Positions 37,521-47,948 of a stretch of 52,711 nucleotides of DNA are shown here, one piece after another. Both the position numbers and the translations under genes were made by a program. Each line of letters opens with the position of its first letter. Within the stretch, counting starts at the first letter, position 1. The stretch is from the NCBI GenBank assembly GCA_016218805.1, contig JACRCW010000143.1, forward strand, positions 1 to 52,711, written 5' to 3'. The DNA is from Deltaproteobacteria bacterium. Lineage in GTDB: Bacteria > Myxococcota > JACRCW01. The notes beneath the pieces are model-generated. The model did not search any database. It was given only the letters and a program-made list of their open reading frames with translations, and had not been told where the DNA came from.

Positions 37521-38509
37521 GGCGTGCCTCCCGGGAAGAAGCGCACCCACACCGCGGCCCACGCCAGCGCCACCAGTGACAGCGGGAGGAACCACTTCCA
37601 GCACAGGCGCATCAGCTGGTCACTGCGCAGCCGCACCCAGCTCCAGCGGATCCACGTGATGAGCGTGAACACCAGGAACGTCTTGATGAGCGTCCAGTGC
37701 AGCCCGGGCAGGAACGGCCCGTCCCACCCGCCCATGAACAGCGTGGCCACCACAATGGAGGTGATGATGGTGTGCAGGTACTCCGTCAGCAGGAACATGC
37801 CGAATTTCATTCCCGTGTATTCCACGGAAACCCCGGCAATCAGCTCGCTCTCCGCCTCCGGCACGTCAAACGGGATGCGGTTGGCCTCCGCCAGGGAGGC
37901 CAGCAGGAAGATGACACCGGCCAGCAACCCGGGCCCGGCGGGCCACCACAGGTACCAGCGGTAGCCGGCCTGCGCGTTGGCAATCTCCGTGATGTTCATG
38001 GAGCCGGCCAGCACCACGGGCACCAGCGCGCTGAGCACCAGCGGGATTTCATACGCAATGGACTGCGCCACCGCGCGCATGCCGCCCAGCAGCGCGTACT
38101 TGTTGTTGGAGGCCCAGCCCGCCATCCACAGCGGGATGACGGTCATGGAGCCCAGCGCGATCATGAAAAGCACGCCAATGTCCAGGTTGGCCACCGCAAG
38201 TGTCGACGTGATGGGGACCACCGCGAGGGTGCCCAGCACGCAGAACAGCACCATGGGCGGCGCCATGTTGTACAGGACCTTGTCCGCGCGGGCCGGCGTG
38301 AGGTCCTCCTTCTGAAACATCTTGAACGCGTCCGCCAGCGGCTGCAGCAGGCCGTAGGGCCCCACCACGTTCACGCCGTAGCGGTTCTGCAGCAGCGCGG
38401 AGAACTTGCGCTCCCACCAGATGGACCACGCGGCCGCGCCCAGCAGCACGCCCAGCAGCACCGCCCCCACCACCAACCCGTGGAGCCAGGGATTGCCAAA
38501 GAGGATCAT
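37517..38509 (-). CDS. nuoH: NADH-quinone oxidoreductase subunit H
   Basis: 330 aa, NuoH/ND1 family (…ADAFKMFQKEDLTP…, …RSDQLMRLCWKWFLP…). It overlaps nuoD by 4 nt. Confidence 0.9.
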   Translation of the reverse strand: MILFGNPWLHGLVVGAVLLGVLLGAAAWSIWWERKFSALLQNRYGVNVVGPYGLLQPLADAFKMFQKEDLTPARADKVLYNMAPPMVLFCVLGTLAVVPITSTLAVANLDIGVLFMIALGSMTVIPLWMAGWASNNKYALLGGMRAVAQSIAYEIPLVLSALVPVVLAGSMNITEIANAQAGYRWYLWWPAGPGLLAGVIFLLASLAEANRIPFDVPEAESELIAGVSVEYTGMKFGMFLLTEYLHTIITSIVVATLFMGGWDGPFLPGLHWTLIKTFLVFTLITWIRWSWVRLRSDQLMRLCWKWFLPLSLVALAWAAVWVRFFPGGTP

Positions 38510-39750
38510 CGGTCCGCCTCCCCCATGATGGGATCCAGGCTGCCCAGGATGGTGACCACGTCGGAAATGGTGGCGCCGGGGAGCAGGTACGGAGTCAACG
38601 CCAGCGCGTGGAAGGACGGCGGGCGGATCTTCAGGCGGTACGCGTTGGGCGTACCGTCGGAGATGACGTAGGTGCCCAGCTCGCCGCGCGGGCTCTCAAT
38701 GCCCACGTACACCTGCCCCGCCGGCGGCTTGAACCCGCCCGGCAGTTTGACGAACTTACCACCCATCACCGGTCCCTCGGGCAGGCCGGACAGCAGCGTG
38801 GTGGCCAGGCGCAGCGCTTCGCGCGTTTCCGCCATGCGCACCTTGAACCGCGCAAACGCATCGCCCGTGTATTCCACGAACGTCTTCACCTCGATCTCGT
38901 TGTAGGCGGCGTAGGGCCGCGCCTTGCGCAGGTCCCAGTCCACGCCGGAAGCGCGCAGCGCGGGGCCGCCCACGCCCACCTCCTGCGCCAGCACGGCATC
39001 CAGCACACCCACGTTGACGGAGCGGGCAAGGAACACCCCGTTGTCAATGAGCATCGCCTCGGTCTCTTCCAAGCGCCCCAGGATGTGCTTGGCGGTGGCG
39101 TTGACCTTCTCTGCCCAGCCGGCCGGGACGTCGTGACGGACGCCGCCCACCTGGTGGTAGTTGTAGTGGAACCGCGCGCCGGTAAGTTCTTCAAAGAGGT
39201 CCAGGATCAATTCGCGTTCCTGGAACGTGTACATGAACACGCTGGCGCCGCCGCCAATACCCCCGCCAATGTCCAGGCAGAACGTGCCCAGCCACAGCAG
39301 GTGGGACGCGGCGCGCTGCAGCTCCGCGCAGATGGAGCGGAGGTACCGGGCGCGGCGGGGCACCTCCACCTTGCCCAGCGCCTCAAACGCCATGTTGACG
39401 GCCAGCTCGTTCATCATCGGTGACACGTAATCGTTCTTGTCGACGATGGGCGTGATCTGCACGTAGGTGAGCTTCTCGCACAGCTTCTCCACGCCGCGGT
39501 GCAGGTAGCCCAGGTACGGGACCGCCTTGACCACCACTTCGCCGTCCAGGTGGAGCTTCACGCGGAACACGCCGTGCGTGGAGGGATGCTGCGGCCCCAT
39601 GTTGAGGGCCATCAGGTCACCCTCGGGGTCATAGCTGGCCAGGTCCAGGTGCGGGTTGGCGCGGGGCCGGCGCACCGGTTGCCGGGGGGTGGCGTCTTGC
39701 GGTTGCGGCGTGCCTCCAGGCTCATGGGCCGCCGCGGCGTGGGTGTCCAA
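38506..39750 (-). CDS. nuoD: NADH-quinone oxidoreductase subunit D (49 kDa) with ~45-aa N-terminal extension
   Basis: ...MALNMGPQHPSTHGVFRVKLHLDGEVV...RASGVDWDLRKARPYAAYNE... The N-terminal extension MDTHAAAAHEPGGTPQPQDATPRQP is kept because the nuoC stop abuts it. An alternative start at MALNMGPQHP is possible. Confidence 0.85.
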   Translation of the reverse strand: MDTHAAAAHEPGGTPQPQDATPRQPVRRPRANPHLDLASYDPEGDLMALNMGPQHPSTHGVFRVKLHLDGEVVVKAVPYLGYLHRGVEKLCEKLTYVQITPIVDKNDYVSPMMNELAVNMAFEALGKVEVPRRARYLRSICAELQRAASHLLWLGTFCLDIGGGIGGGASVFMYTFQERELILDLFEELTGARFHYNYHQVGGVRHDVPAGWAEKVNATAKHILGRLEETEAMLIDNGVFLARSVNVGVLDAVLAQEVGVGGPALRASGVDWDLRKARPYAAYNEIEVKTFVEYTGDAFARFKVRMAETREALRLATTLLSGLPEGPVMGGKFVKLPGGFKPPAGQVYVGIESPRGELGTYVISDGTPNAYRLKIRPPSFHALALTPYLLPGATISDVVTILGSLDPIMGEADR

Positions 39751-39752
39751 GG

Positions 39753-40238
39753 CTACCTCCAGGGCTTGTGCGGCGTGTCAATGGCGTAGTCACGGTGCAG
39801 CGGGTGACCCTCCCAGTCCTCCGGCAACATGATGCGCCGCAGGTCCGGGTGTCCGTCGAACACCGGCCCGACGAGGTCATACGCCTCGCGCTCCTGCCAG
39901 TCCGCGCCGGCCCAGGACGGGAAGACGCTGGGGACCTTCTCATCCAGCGCCACGCGGCAGCGCCACGTGAGCTCCTGGTTCTTCTCCAGGTTCCGCGCGT
40001 GGTACGCCACGACATAGGACGCCGGCACCGCGGGGATGACCGTGTCGCCCTTCTTCTTCTCCGGCTCGGCGGGATGGTGCGCGGCCGTGATGTACGTGAG
40101 CCACGCAAACCCCAGCTCATGCCGCACGGTGCGCGCGAATTCCGCCAGTTTCTCGCGCGGGACCAGCATGCCCTCCGGCGCCTCGGCCAGGCCAAAGCGC
40201 TCCGCCAGCAGCGCGGCGGGTTCCACCGTGTCAGTCAT
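39753..40238 (-). CDS. nuoC: NADH-quinone oxidoreductase subunit C (30 kDa)
   Basis: 161 aa, reading ...LTWRCRVALDEKVPSVFPSWAGADWQEREAYDLVGPVFDGHPDLRRIMLPEDWEGHPLHRDY. Confidence 0.85.
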   Translation of the reverse strand: MTDTVEPAALLAERFGLAEAPEGMLVPREKLAEFARTVRHELGFAWLTYITAAHHPAEPEKKKGDTVIPAVPASYVVAYHARNLEKNQELTWRCRVALDEKVPSVFPSWAGADWQEREAYDLVGPVFDGHPDLRRIMLPEDWEGHPLHRDYAIDTPHKPWR

Positions 40239-40954
40239 GGCTGCTCCTTGCGCTCAATGGCCACCGCGCCCGGCGGCAGGATGGGCAGGCGGCGCGTCAT
40301 GGCACCACCCAGGTCCATGCCCATCACGCTCTCCATCTGGGCCGCGGTGATGGCGGGATCACGGTCCGCGTCCCCCAGCCGCTTCACGTCCGGAATGATG
40401 GACTTTGCCGTTTCCGGGCGTTTCTCCGGCTCCACCCACTTGCCCTGGCGCTTGAGGCGGATCTTCTCCTGCAGGCGCCGGATGCCGTCCACCAACCACT
40501 CCGGGTTGGGCGGACAGCCGGGCACGTACACGTCCACCGGCATGAACGTGTCCACGCCGGGGACCACGCTGTAGATATCCCGGTAGAAATCACCGGAAAT
40601 GGCGCAGGACCCCATGGCAATGGCCCACTTGGGCTCCGGCATCTGGTCCCACAGCTTCTTGACCCGCGGCGCCATCTTCACGGTGATGGTGCCGGCAATG
40701 ATCATCACGTCCGCGTGGCGCGGGCTGGCGCGCACCACCGCGCCAAAGCGGTCCAGGTCCATGCGCGCGGTGAACCCCGCCATGAACTCAATGCCGCAGC
40801 AGGACGTGGCCATGGGGAAGATGTGCGGGGAATTCTCGCCACCCCAGTCCAGCACCTTGTCCGCCGCGGTCACCAGCAGGTCCAGCCCGGGCATCCGCTC
40901 CACGTACGCGAACGGTTCGTGCGCGTAATTCCGGTCATCCTTTTTCACGGCCAT
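40235..40954 (-). CDS. nuoB: NADH-quinone oxidoreductase subunit B (20 kDa, Fe-S N2)
   Basis: ...PMATSCCGIEFMA...IAMGSCAISGDFY...VYVPGCPP are the Cys ligands for cluster N2. The start is ATG at 40954 (or GTG at 40948 forming GTGA with the nuoA stop). A C-terminal extension ~80 aa long follows. Confidence 0.85.
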   Translation of the reverse strand: MAVKKDDRNYAHEPFAYVERMPGLDLLVTAADKVLDWGGENSPHIFPMATSCCGIEFMAGFTARMDLDRFGAVVRASPRHADVMIIAGTITVKMAPRVKKLWDQMPEPKWAIAMGSCAISGDFYRDIYSVVPGVDTFMPVDVYVPGCPPNPEWLVDGIRRLQEKIRLKRQGKWVEPEKRPETAKSIIPDVKRLGDADRDPAITAAQMESVMGMDLGGAMTRRLPILPPGAVAIERKEQP

Positions 40955-41307
40955 TGCAGCGCCCCTTTCCGGATGGCGTAGGCCCAGCCCGTGAGCAGCA
41001 CGCCCACAAACAGGAGCATCTCCCACAGCGCTGTATCGCCCAGCGTCCGGATGTTCAGGGCCCACGGGAAGAGGAACACGGCTTCCACGTCAAACAGCAC
41101 AAACACCAGCGCAACAAGGTAGTAGCGCGGGTGGAACTTGATCCACGCGCCGCCGTCGGGCTCTTCGCCGCATTCATAGGTTGCGGTGCGGTCCGGCGAC
41201 GTGGTGCGGGACTTCACGGCGGTCACCAACGTGACCAGGATGACGCCGAACGCGGCTGCCGCCGCGATGGCAAGGAACGTGATGGCTGCGGACCACTGCT
41301 CCGTCAT
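40945..41307 (-). CDS. nuoA: NADH-quinone oxidoreductase subunit A
   Basis: 120 aa, MTEQWSAAITFLAIAAAAAFGVILVTLV...YECGEEPDGGAWIKFHPRYYLVALVFVLFDVEAVFLFPWA. It is the C-terminal part of the long table ORF 40945..42513. Confidence 0.85.
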   Translation of the reverse strand: MTEQWSAAITFLAIAAAAAFGVILVTLVTAVKSRTTSPDRTATYECGEEPDGGAWIKFHPRYYLVALVFVLFDVEAVFLFPWALNIRTLGDTALWEMLLFVGVLLTGWAYAIRKGALQWP

Positions 41308-41574
41308 GGACGACCTCGCCCGTGGGTGGCGGCGCTCCTTTGGGGCGTGCGCCGTCACGCTGTCAAGAGGGTGTGCGCGCGCACCGCAGGCTTTCTGCGA
41401 GAGAAATGCGCCGGCGCGAGTGTCGACGAGAAACGGGTCTGGCGGGCAGTGCCGTTCTTGCAGAGCGCGCGGCCTCCGCAGCACGCGGACTGTGCGGTGA
41501 ACCCACCTTGACACCGTCATTGCAGCCCTGAACAGTTCCAGCACTTGCCGGCCCAATCTCTCGAGGTGACGGTC

Positions 41575-44500
41575 ATGTCCAACACCGTGACGCGCTGGGT
41601 TCCCGCTGTGTTCGCCACCTCGCTCTGGTCCACGGCCGTGCTGGCGGCGCCGCCCACCGTCACGGACATCACGGACCGTTCCACGCCGGAGGACACACCG
41701 GCCACGGCCAGCTTCACCGTGGGCGACCCGGACACCAGCCTGGACCAGCTGACCCTGGGCGGCGCGTCCTCCAACACCGCGCTGGTGCCGCTCACGGGCA
41801 TCGCCTTTGGCGGAAGCGGCGCCAGCCGCACGCTCACGGTGACACCGCTGGCCAACCAGAGCGGTACAACGACCATCACCGTGACGGTGAGCGACCCGGG
41901 CGGCGAAACCGCCACGGACGCGTTCCTGCTCACCGTCAACGCCGTCAATGATCCGCCCACCATCACCGCCCTGCCCCCCACCTCCATTCCGGAGGACGGC
42001 GTCACCGCGGAGCTTGCCTTCACCATCAGCGACGTTGAGACACCGGCGGCCAATCTCACGGTGGTGGCCAACTCGGCCAACAGCGCGCTGGTCCCGGACG
42101 CCAACCTGGTGCTGGCGGGGACGGGTGCGGACCGCACGCTGGTGGCCACGCCGCTGGCCAACCAGTTTGGCACCGCCAACATCACGGTGACGGTGCGGGA
42201 CCCATCCGGCGCCGCCGCCGCGTCCACCTTCCTGCTCACCGTGACGTCGGTGAATGACCTCCCGGCGCTCTCCCCCGTTGCCAACCAGCGAATCAACCAG
42301 GGCTCCACCACCGGTGCGCTGGCCTACACAGTGGCGGACGTGGAGAGCGGCGCGGCGGGCGTCACGGTGACGCGCGCATCCTCCAACCTGGTGCTGCTGC
42401 CGCTGGCGGGCATTGTGCTCGGCGGGACGGGGGCGAACCGCACGGTGACCGTCACGCCCGCCGCGGGGCAGTACGGCACCGTGACGGTGACGTTGACGGG
42501 GACGGACGGACAATCCGGCACCGGGACCAGCGCGTTCCAGGTGGTGGTCAACGCGCTCCCCACCGTCAGCGCCATGGGCCCGCAGTCCACGCCGGAGGAC
42601 ACGCGCACGGCGGACCTGCCCTTCACCGTCAATGACCCAGATGGTGACCCGGCCACGCTGACCCTCACCCCATCCTCCTCCAACACCACGCTGGTGCCGG
42701 TCACCAACATGGTCCTCAGCGGCGCGGGCACTGCGCGGACGCTGGCGGTGACGCCCGCCGCCAACCAGGTGGGGACGGCCACGCTGACCATCCTCGTCGG
42801 AGATGGAACGGGCACCGCCAGCACGTCGTTTGTCCTCACGGTCACCGCGGTGAATGACGCGCCCACCATCACGGACCTGGCGGACCGGCAGATCAATGAG
42901 AACAGCAACACCGGGGCGGTGGCCTTCACCGTGGGTGATGTGGAGACGGCGCCGGGCAACCTCACACTCACCGGCGGCTCGTCCAACACCACGCTGGTCC
43001 CGGTGGGACGCATTGTGTTTGGCGGTGCGGGGGCCAACCGGACGGTGACGGTGACGCCGGTTGCGGGGCTGGCGGGCACGGCCACCATCTCCGTCGCCGT
43101 GCGGGACGCGGGCGCGGCCACGGCCACGGATGCCTTTGTGCTCACGGTGAATGCGCTGCCGCGCGTCTCAGACATCACCGCCAAGGTCACCGCGGAGGAC
43201 ACGCCCACGGCGGCCATTGCGTTCACCGTTTCTGACGCGGAAACCGCGGCTGACCAGCTGGTGGTCAGCGCCACGTCCGGCAACACCACGGTCCTGCCGG
43301 ATGCCAACATTGCGTTGGGCGGTACGGGCGGTGCGCGGACCATCACGCTCACCCCCGCGCCCAACCAGGCGGGCTCCGCCGTGGTCACCGTGCGCGCCAC
43401 GGATGCCAGCGGCGCAACGGGCACCGACCCGTTCACGCTCACCGTCACCGCCGTGAATGACCCGCCCACCCTCAGCGACATCACCGACCGGACCATCAAC
43501 CAGGGCGGGAACACCGGCGCCGTGGCGTTCACCGTGGGGGACCCGGACAACGCGGCGGGAACGCTCACGCTCAGCGGCCAATCCAGCAACACCGCACTGG
43601 TGCCCGTGGGGGCAATGGTGTTTGGCGGCGCCGGCGCCAACCGCAACGTCACGGTCACGCCGGCCGCGGGGCAATACGGCGTGGTGACCCTCACGGTGCG
43701 CGTGTCTGACGGCGCGCTCAACGCGAGCGACAGCTTTGTGCTGACGGTCAACGCGCTGCCGACCATCAGCACCATCACTCCGCAAACCATTGCGGAGGAC
43801 TCCGCAACGGCGGCACTCGCGTTCACGGTGGGGGATCCGGATGGAACCGCCGGCGCGGTGACCGTCACCGCCGCGTCCAGCAACACCACGCTGGTGCCCG
43901 TGGCGAACATTGTGTTGGGCGGCAGCGGCGCCGCCCGGACGGTGACGGTGACGCCAGGCGCCAACCGGACCGGAACGTCCAACATCACGTTGACCGCCAG
44001 TGACGGTTTGGGAAGCCGCGCCACCACGTTTGCACTGGCGGTGACGGCGGTGAATGACCGCCCCACCATCAGTGCCGTGGCTGATCAGTCCATCTCTGAA
44101 GACGCCACCACCGGTGCGCTGCCGTTCGCCGTGGGTGACGTGGAGACCGCGCCGGGGACGCTCACGGTCACCGCGTCCAGCAGCAACACCACGGTGGTCC
44201 CCAACGGGCGCATCACGCTGGGCGGCGCCGGTGCGGCGCGCACGGTCACGGTGGCCCCCGCCGCCAACGCCGCGGGATCCACCACCATCACGCTGACGGT
44301 GTCTGACGGCGGGCTCACGGCCACCACGTCGTTCCTGGTGGATGTGGCGCAGGTCAATGACACGCCCACCCTCACCGCGCTGGCCAACACCACCGTGGCT
44401 GAGGACACCGCCGCGGGCCCGCTGGCCACCACCGTGGGTGACGTGGAGACGGCGGCGGGTTCACTGGTCCTGACCGGCGCGTCGTCCAATGCGGCGCTGG

Positions 44501-47500
44501 TGCCGGTGGCCAACATCGTGTTCGGCGGCACCGGTGCGGCGCGCAACGTCACGGTCACACCCGCGCTGAACATGGCGGGTGTTGCGGACATCACGGTGCG
44601 CGTCACGGATGAGGCCGGCGCATTTGCCGAACGCACGTTCCGCCTGACCGTCAACGCGGTGAATGACGCTCCCACCATCTCCAACATCCCCAACCAGTCC
44701 ACGCCCCAGTCTGTGGCCATTGGACCCATTCCGTTCACGGTGGGTGACGTGGACAACCCGCCCACGCTGACGGTGACCGCCACGTCACTCAATACGGTGC
44801 TGGTGCCCAACGCCAGCATTGTGCTCACGGGGAGCGGCAACCAGGCGGACCGGACCATCACCATCACGCCCTTTGCCGGGCGCTCCGGCACGGCAACCAT
44901 CAACGTGCGCGTCAGCGACGGCACGCTGGCGGCAACGGACGGGTTTGTGCTGACGGTGGCGGCACCGGGCAATCCGCCCACCATCAGTGACATTCCCAAC
45001 CAGACCATCCCGGAGGACTCCGCCACCAACGCCATCACATTCACGGTGAATGACGTGGAAACGCCCGCCACGGCGCTGGTGGTCACCGCCCAGGCGGACG
45101 ACCCGGCCAAGGTGTCCAACATTGAGGTGAGCGACCTGGGCGGGAGCAACCGCACCATCCGCGTGACGCCGGCGCCCAACTTCTGCGGGCCCATTGACAT
45201 GACGGTGACCGTGCAGGACGGCGGGCTGGCCGCGGCGTCAGACGCATTCACGGTCACCGTGACGTGCGTGAATGATGCGCCGACGGTGGTGGACGTGCCC
45301 AACCAGGCCGGGACCGAGGACACGCCGCTGGGCCCCCTCACGGTGACGGTGGCGGATGCGGACGGGGACACGCTCACCGTGGTGGCGACATCATCTGACC
45401 AGGCGCTGCTTCCAGACGGCAGCATGGTCCTGGGCGCCGCGGGGGCAGACCGGACCCTGACGCTGACGCCGGCGGCGGACCGCAACGGAGGACCGGTGAC
45501 GGTGACCATCACGGTCACGGACGGACGCGGCGGCCAGGCGCAGGACACGTTTGAGGTGACGGTGGCCGCGGTGAACGACGCGCCGCTCCTGGCGGCCGTG
45601 GCGGACCAGGCCATTGGGGAGGACGGCGCCACGGGCGATCTTGACGTCATGGTCCTGGACGTGGAGGGCGACGCCTTCACGCTGACCGCGTCCGCGGCGG
45701 ATCCACTCCTGGTGGCTCCCACCGGGATGATCCTGGGCGGTGCGGCGGGCAACCGCACCATCCGGGTGACGCCGGAACCGGACGCGTGCGGCGGGACCAC
45801 CGTCACCATCACGGCCACGGACAGCAACGGGGCTGCGTCAGCCATGTCGTTCAACATCCTGGTGACGTGCGTGAATGATCCCCCGTTCCTGACAACCATC
45901 ACGGATGTCAGCACGGACGAAGACGTTCCGTCCGCGCCGCTGCCGTTCACCGTGGGTGACCCGGAAGATGCCGTGGACACGCTGGTGGTGACGGCGGTCA
46001 GTTCCGACCCGCTGATCCTTCCCCCGGACGCGGCGCACATTGCGTTGGCCGGGGTGGGCGCGTCACGCACGGTGACGCTGCTGGGTGCGCCGGACGCGTC
46101 AGGTCAGGTGTCCATCACCCTGCGCGCCACGGATCCCTCCGGCGCGTTCAGCGAGATGACGTTCCGCGTGACCATCAACGCCGTCAACGACGCGCCGCGG
46201 CTGGGCGCGGTGGTTGACCAGGCGGCGGACGAAGACACGCTGGTGGGCCCGGTGGTGTTCAGCGTCAGTGATGAGAGCGCGGCGGACCTGCTGCTGGTCA
46301 CGGCCAGCGCGGCGGACACTGCGCTCCTGCCGGGCGCGGGGATCCTGGTGCGGCCGCTGCCGGCCGGGTTGTTTGAGCTGACCGCGGTGCCCGCCCCTGA
46401 CGCCCACGGCAGCACCACGCTCACCCTGTCCGCCTCAGACGGGTTGCTGGTGGGGACGCTGGATGTGGGCGTGGTGATCCGGCCGGTGAATGACCCGCCC
46501 GTCGCCACGGCGGTCACGCTCACGGTGACCGAGGACGGCACGGCCCCCGTGACGTTTGCGGGAGCGGACGTGGATGGTGACGTGCTCGCGTTTGCAGTGA
46601 CTACGCAGCCACAACACGGCACGTTGGCGGGGGCGGCGGGGGCGGTCAGCTACACGCCGGTTGCGGACTACTTTGGCCCGGACACCTTCACGTTCACGGC
46701 GTCAGACCCCGCGGGTGCATTGTCTGCCGCCGCCCCGGTCACGGTGGATGTGACGCCGGTGCAGGACCCGCCGGTGTTCGTGTCTCCCCCCACGCCCAGC
46801 GGGCAGCAGAACACCACCGCGGGGGCGCTGGTGCAGTTTGTGGTGGAAGCGCGGGATCCGGACGGTCAGGCGGTGACGCTGTCCGCGCCGGCGCTTCCCG
46901 CAGGGGCGGGGTTTGACCCCAGTACCGGCACGCTCACCTGGCAGCCGGGTCCGTCAGACGCGGGGGATCACGTGCTGACGTTCTCCGCCACGGACGGCAC
47001 GGACACCACCAGCGTCAACATCCGCGTGCACGTGGATGCGGACGGAGATGCGGACGGCCTGGCGGACGCGGATGAACTGCGGCTGGGAACGAGCCCCACG
47101 GACGCCGACAGCGACGACGACACGATTGCCGATGGCGAGGAGGTGGGACCAGACGGGTTAAACCCGCGGAACACGGACGGCGAGGGCCCGATTGACGCGC
47201 TGGATGATGACAGCGACGGCGACACCATCCTGGACAAGGACGAGGCGGGGGACACGGACCTGGTGTCCCCGGCGCGGGACACGGACGGTGACGGCACGCC
47301 GGACTACCGCCAGCTTGACGCGGACGCGGACGGCGTCAGTGACGGCGTGGAATCCGGTGACGCCAACCCCACCACGCCGCCGGTGAACACGGACGCCACG
47401 GACGTGCCGGACTTCCAGGACCCGGACAGCGACAACGACGGCGCGGGCGACGCCACCGACAACTGCCGCGTGGTGCAGAACCCGCAGCAGGAGGACGCGG

Positions 47501-47874
47501 ACGGGGACGCGGTGGGCGACGCGTGCGACCCCACGCCACAGGGTGGCTCCAGCGGGCCGTTGGCATCGTCCGGAGCCGGCTCTTCCGCCGCCGGAGCGTC
47601 CTCGGCATTCGGCTCTTCGCAGGCGAGCTCCGGGGGCGCCTCCGCCGCGTCCGGATCGGGCATCAGCGGGTCGTCCGCCGGGGCCACCAGTGGCACCGCC
47701 GCCAGCAGCGGGGCCGCCACCAGCACGGGCGCCACCTCCGGCCCGCCGCCCGAGGAGGAACCGCCCTCCGGTGGGTGCGCGTGCCGGCAGGACGGCAACG
47801 GGGCCGCCGGGTTGGCGGTGTTGGCGGTTGCGCTGGTGGGGCTGGGTTTGCGCCGGCGCCTCGGCGGGCGCTGA
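41575..47874 (+). CDS. Giant (2099 aa) surface adhesin: ~17 tandem cadherin-like ~100-aa repeats (VND[AP]PT motif) + thrombospondin type-3 Ca-binding repeats + Ser/Gly/Ala-rich linker + MYXO-CTERM
   Basis: GAGGTGA RBS and signal peptide MSNTVTRWVPAVFATSLWSTAVLAAP. The repeats end in (N/T)AVNDAPTI(S/T), with internal TPED..A..FTVGD.ET.....L...SSN.ALVP...I.LGG.GA.RT.TVTP. TSP3 repeats: DADGDADGLADADE..., DDSDGDTILDKDE..., DNCRVVQNPQQEDADGDAVGDACD. C-terminus: GGCACRQDGNGAAGLAVLAVALVGLGLRRR. Confidence 0.8.
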   Translation: MSNTVTRWVPAVFATSLWSTAVLAAPPTVTDITDRSTPEDTPATASFTVGDPDTSLDQLTLGGASSNTALVPLTGIAFGGSGASRTLTVTPLANQSGTTTITVTVSDPGGETATDAFLLTVNAVNDPPTITALPPTSIPEDGVTAELAFTISDVETPAANLTVVANSANSALVPDANLVLAGTGADRTLVATPLANQFGTANITVTVRDPSGAAAASTFLLTVTSVNDLPALSPVANQRINQGSTTGALAYTVADVESGAAGVTVTRASSNLVLLPLAGIVLGGTGANRTVTVTPAAGQYGTVTVTLTGTDGQSGTGTSAFQVVVNALPTVSAMGPQSTPEDTRTADLPFTVNDPDGDPATLTLTPSSSNTTLVPVTNMVLSGAGTARTLAVTPAANQVGTATLTILVGDGTGTASTSFVLTVTAVNDAPTITDLADRQINENSNTGAVAFTVGDVETAPGNLTLTGGSSNTTLVPVGRIVFGGAGANRTVTVTPVAGLAGTATISVAVRDAGAATATDAFVLTVNALPRVSDITAKVTAEDTPTAAIAFTVSDAETAADQLVVSATSGNTTVLPDANIALGGTGGARTITLTPAPNQAGSAVVTVRATDASGATGTDPFTLTVTAVNDPPTLSDITDRTINQGGNTGAVAFTVGDPDNAAGTLTLSGQSSNTALVPVGAMVFGGAGANRNVTVTPAAGQYGVVTLTVRVSDGALNASDSFVLTVNALPTISTITPQTIAEDSATAALAFTVGDPDGTAGAVTVTAASSNTTLVPVANIVLGGSGAARTVTVTPGANRTGTSNITLTASDGLGSRATTFALAVTAVNDRPTISAVADQSISEDATTGALPFAVGDVETAPGTLTVTASSSNTTVVPNGRITLGGAGAARTVTVAPAANAAGSTTITLTVSDGGLTATTSFLVDVAQVNDTPTLTALANTTVAEDTAAGPLATTVGDVETAAGSLVLTGASSNAALVPVANIVFGGTGAARNVTVTPALNMAGVADITVRVTDEAGAFAERTFRLTVNAVNDAPTISNIPNQSTPQSVAIGPIPFTVGDVDNPPTLTVTATSLNTVLVPNASIVLTGSGNQADRTITITPFAGRSGTATINVRVSDGTLAATDGFVLTVAAPGNPPTISDIPNQTIPEDSATNAITFTVNDVETPATALVVTAQADDPAKVSNIEVSDLGGSNRTIRVTPAPNFCGPIDMTVTVQDGGLAAASDAFTVTVTCVNDAPTVVDVPNQAGTEDTPLGPLTVTVADADGDTLTVVATSSDQALLPDGSMVLGAAGADRTLTLTPAADRNGGPVTVTITVTDGRGGQAQDTFEVTVAAVNDAPLLAAVADQAIGEDGATGDLDVMVLDVEGDAFTLTASAADPLLVAPTGMILGGAAGNRTIRVTPEPDACGGTTVTITATDSNGAASAMSFNILVTCVNDPPFLTTITDVSTDEDVPSAPLPFTVGDPEDAVDTLVVTAVSSDPLILPPDAAHIALAGVGASRTVTLLGAPDASGQVSITLRATDPSGAFSEMTFRVTINAVNDAPRLGAVVDQAADEDTLVGPVVFSVSDESAADLLLVTASAADTALLPGAGILVRPLPAGLFELTAVPAPDAHGSTTLTLSASDGLLVGTLDVGVVIRPVNDPPVATAVTLTVTEDGTAPVTFAGADVDGDVLAFAVTTQPQHGTLAGAAGAVSYTPVADYFGPDTFTFTASDPAGALSAAAPVTVDVTPVQDPPVFVSPPTPSGQQNTTAGALVQFVVEARDPDGQAVTLSAPALPAGAGFDPSTGTLTWQPGPSDAGDHVLTFSATDGTDTTSVNIRVHVDADGDADGLADADELRLGTSPTDADSDDDTIADGEEVGPDGLNPRNTDGEGPIDALDDDSDGDTILDKDEAGDTDLVSPARDTDGDGTPDYRQLDADADGVSDGVESGDANPTTPPVNTDATDVPDFQDPDSDNDGAGDATDNCRVVQNPQQEDADGDAVGDACDPTPQGGSSGPLASSGAGSSAAGASSAFGSSQASSGGASAASGSGISGSSAGATSGTAASSGAATSTGATSGPPPEEEPPSGGCACRQDGNGAAGLAVLAVALVGLGLRRRLGGR

Positions 47875-47892
47875 GGGGGCACCATACCTACT

Positions 47893-47911
47893 GGATACCA
47901 TTCAGGTATCG
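47893..47911. terminator. AT-richer hairpin between convergent adhesin and kinase genes
   Basis: GATACC(47894-47899) - attca - GGTATC(47905-47910) sits in a locally lower-GC 74-bp gap between the stops at 47874 (+) and 47949 (-). Confidence 0.3.
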
Positions 47912-47948
47912 TGTCTGATGGCGGGCGGTGCGCGCCTGCGCCGTGGGG

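Noticed and set aside
40945-42513. 522-aa minus ORF upstream of nuoA, and the plus ORF 42324..44069 (minus) / 44085..46070 (minus) series
   Set aside because: The 40945..42513 ORF is real only for its last 120 codons (NuoA). The rest runs through the promoter region and antisense to the adhesin. The other long minus ORFs are antisense to the cadherin-repeat adhesin.
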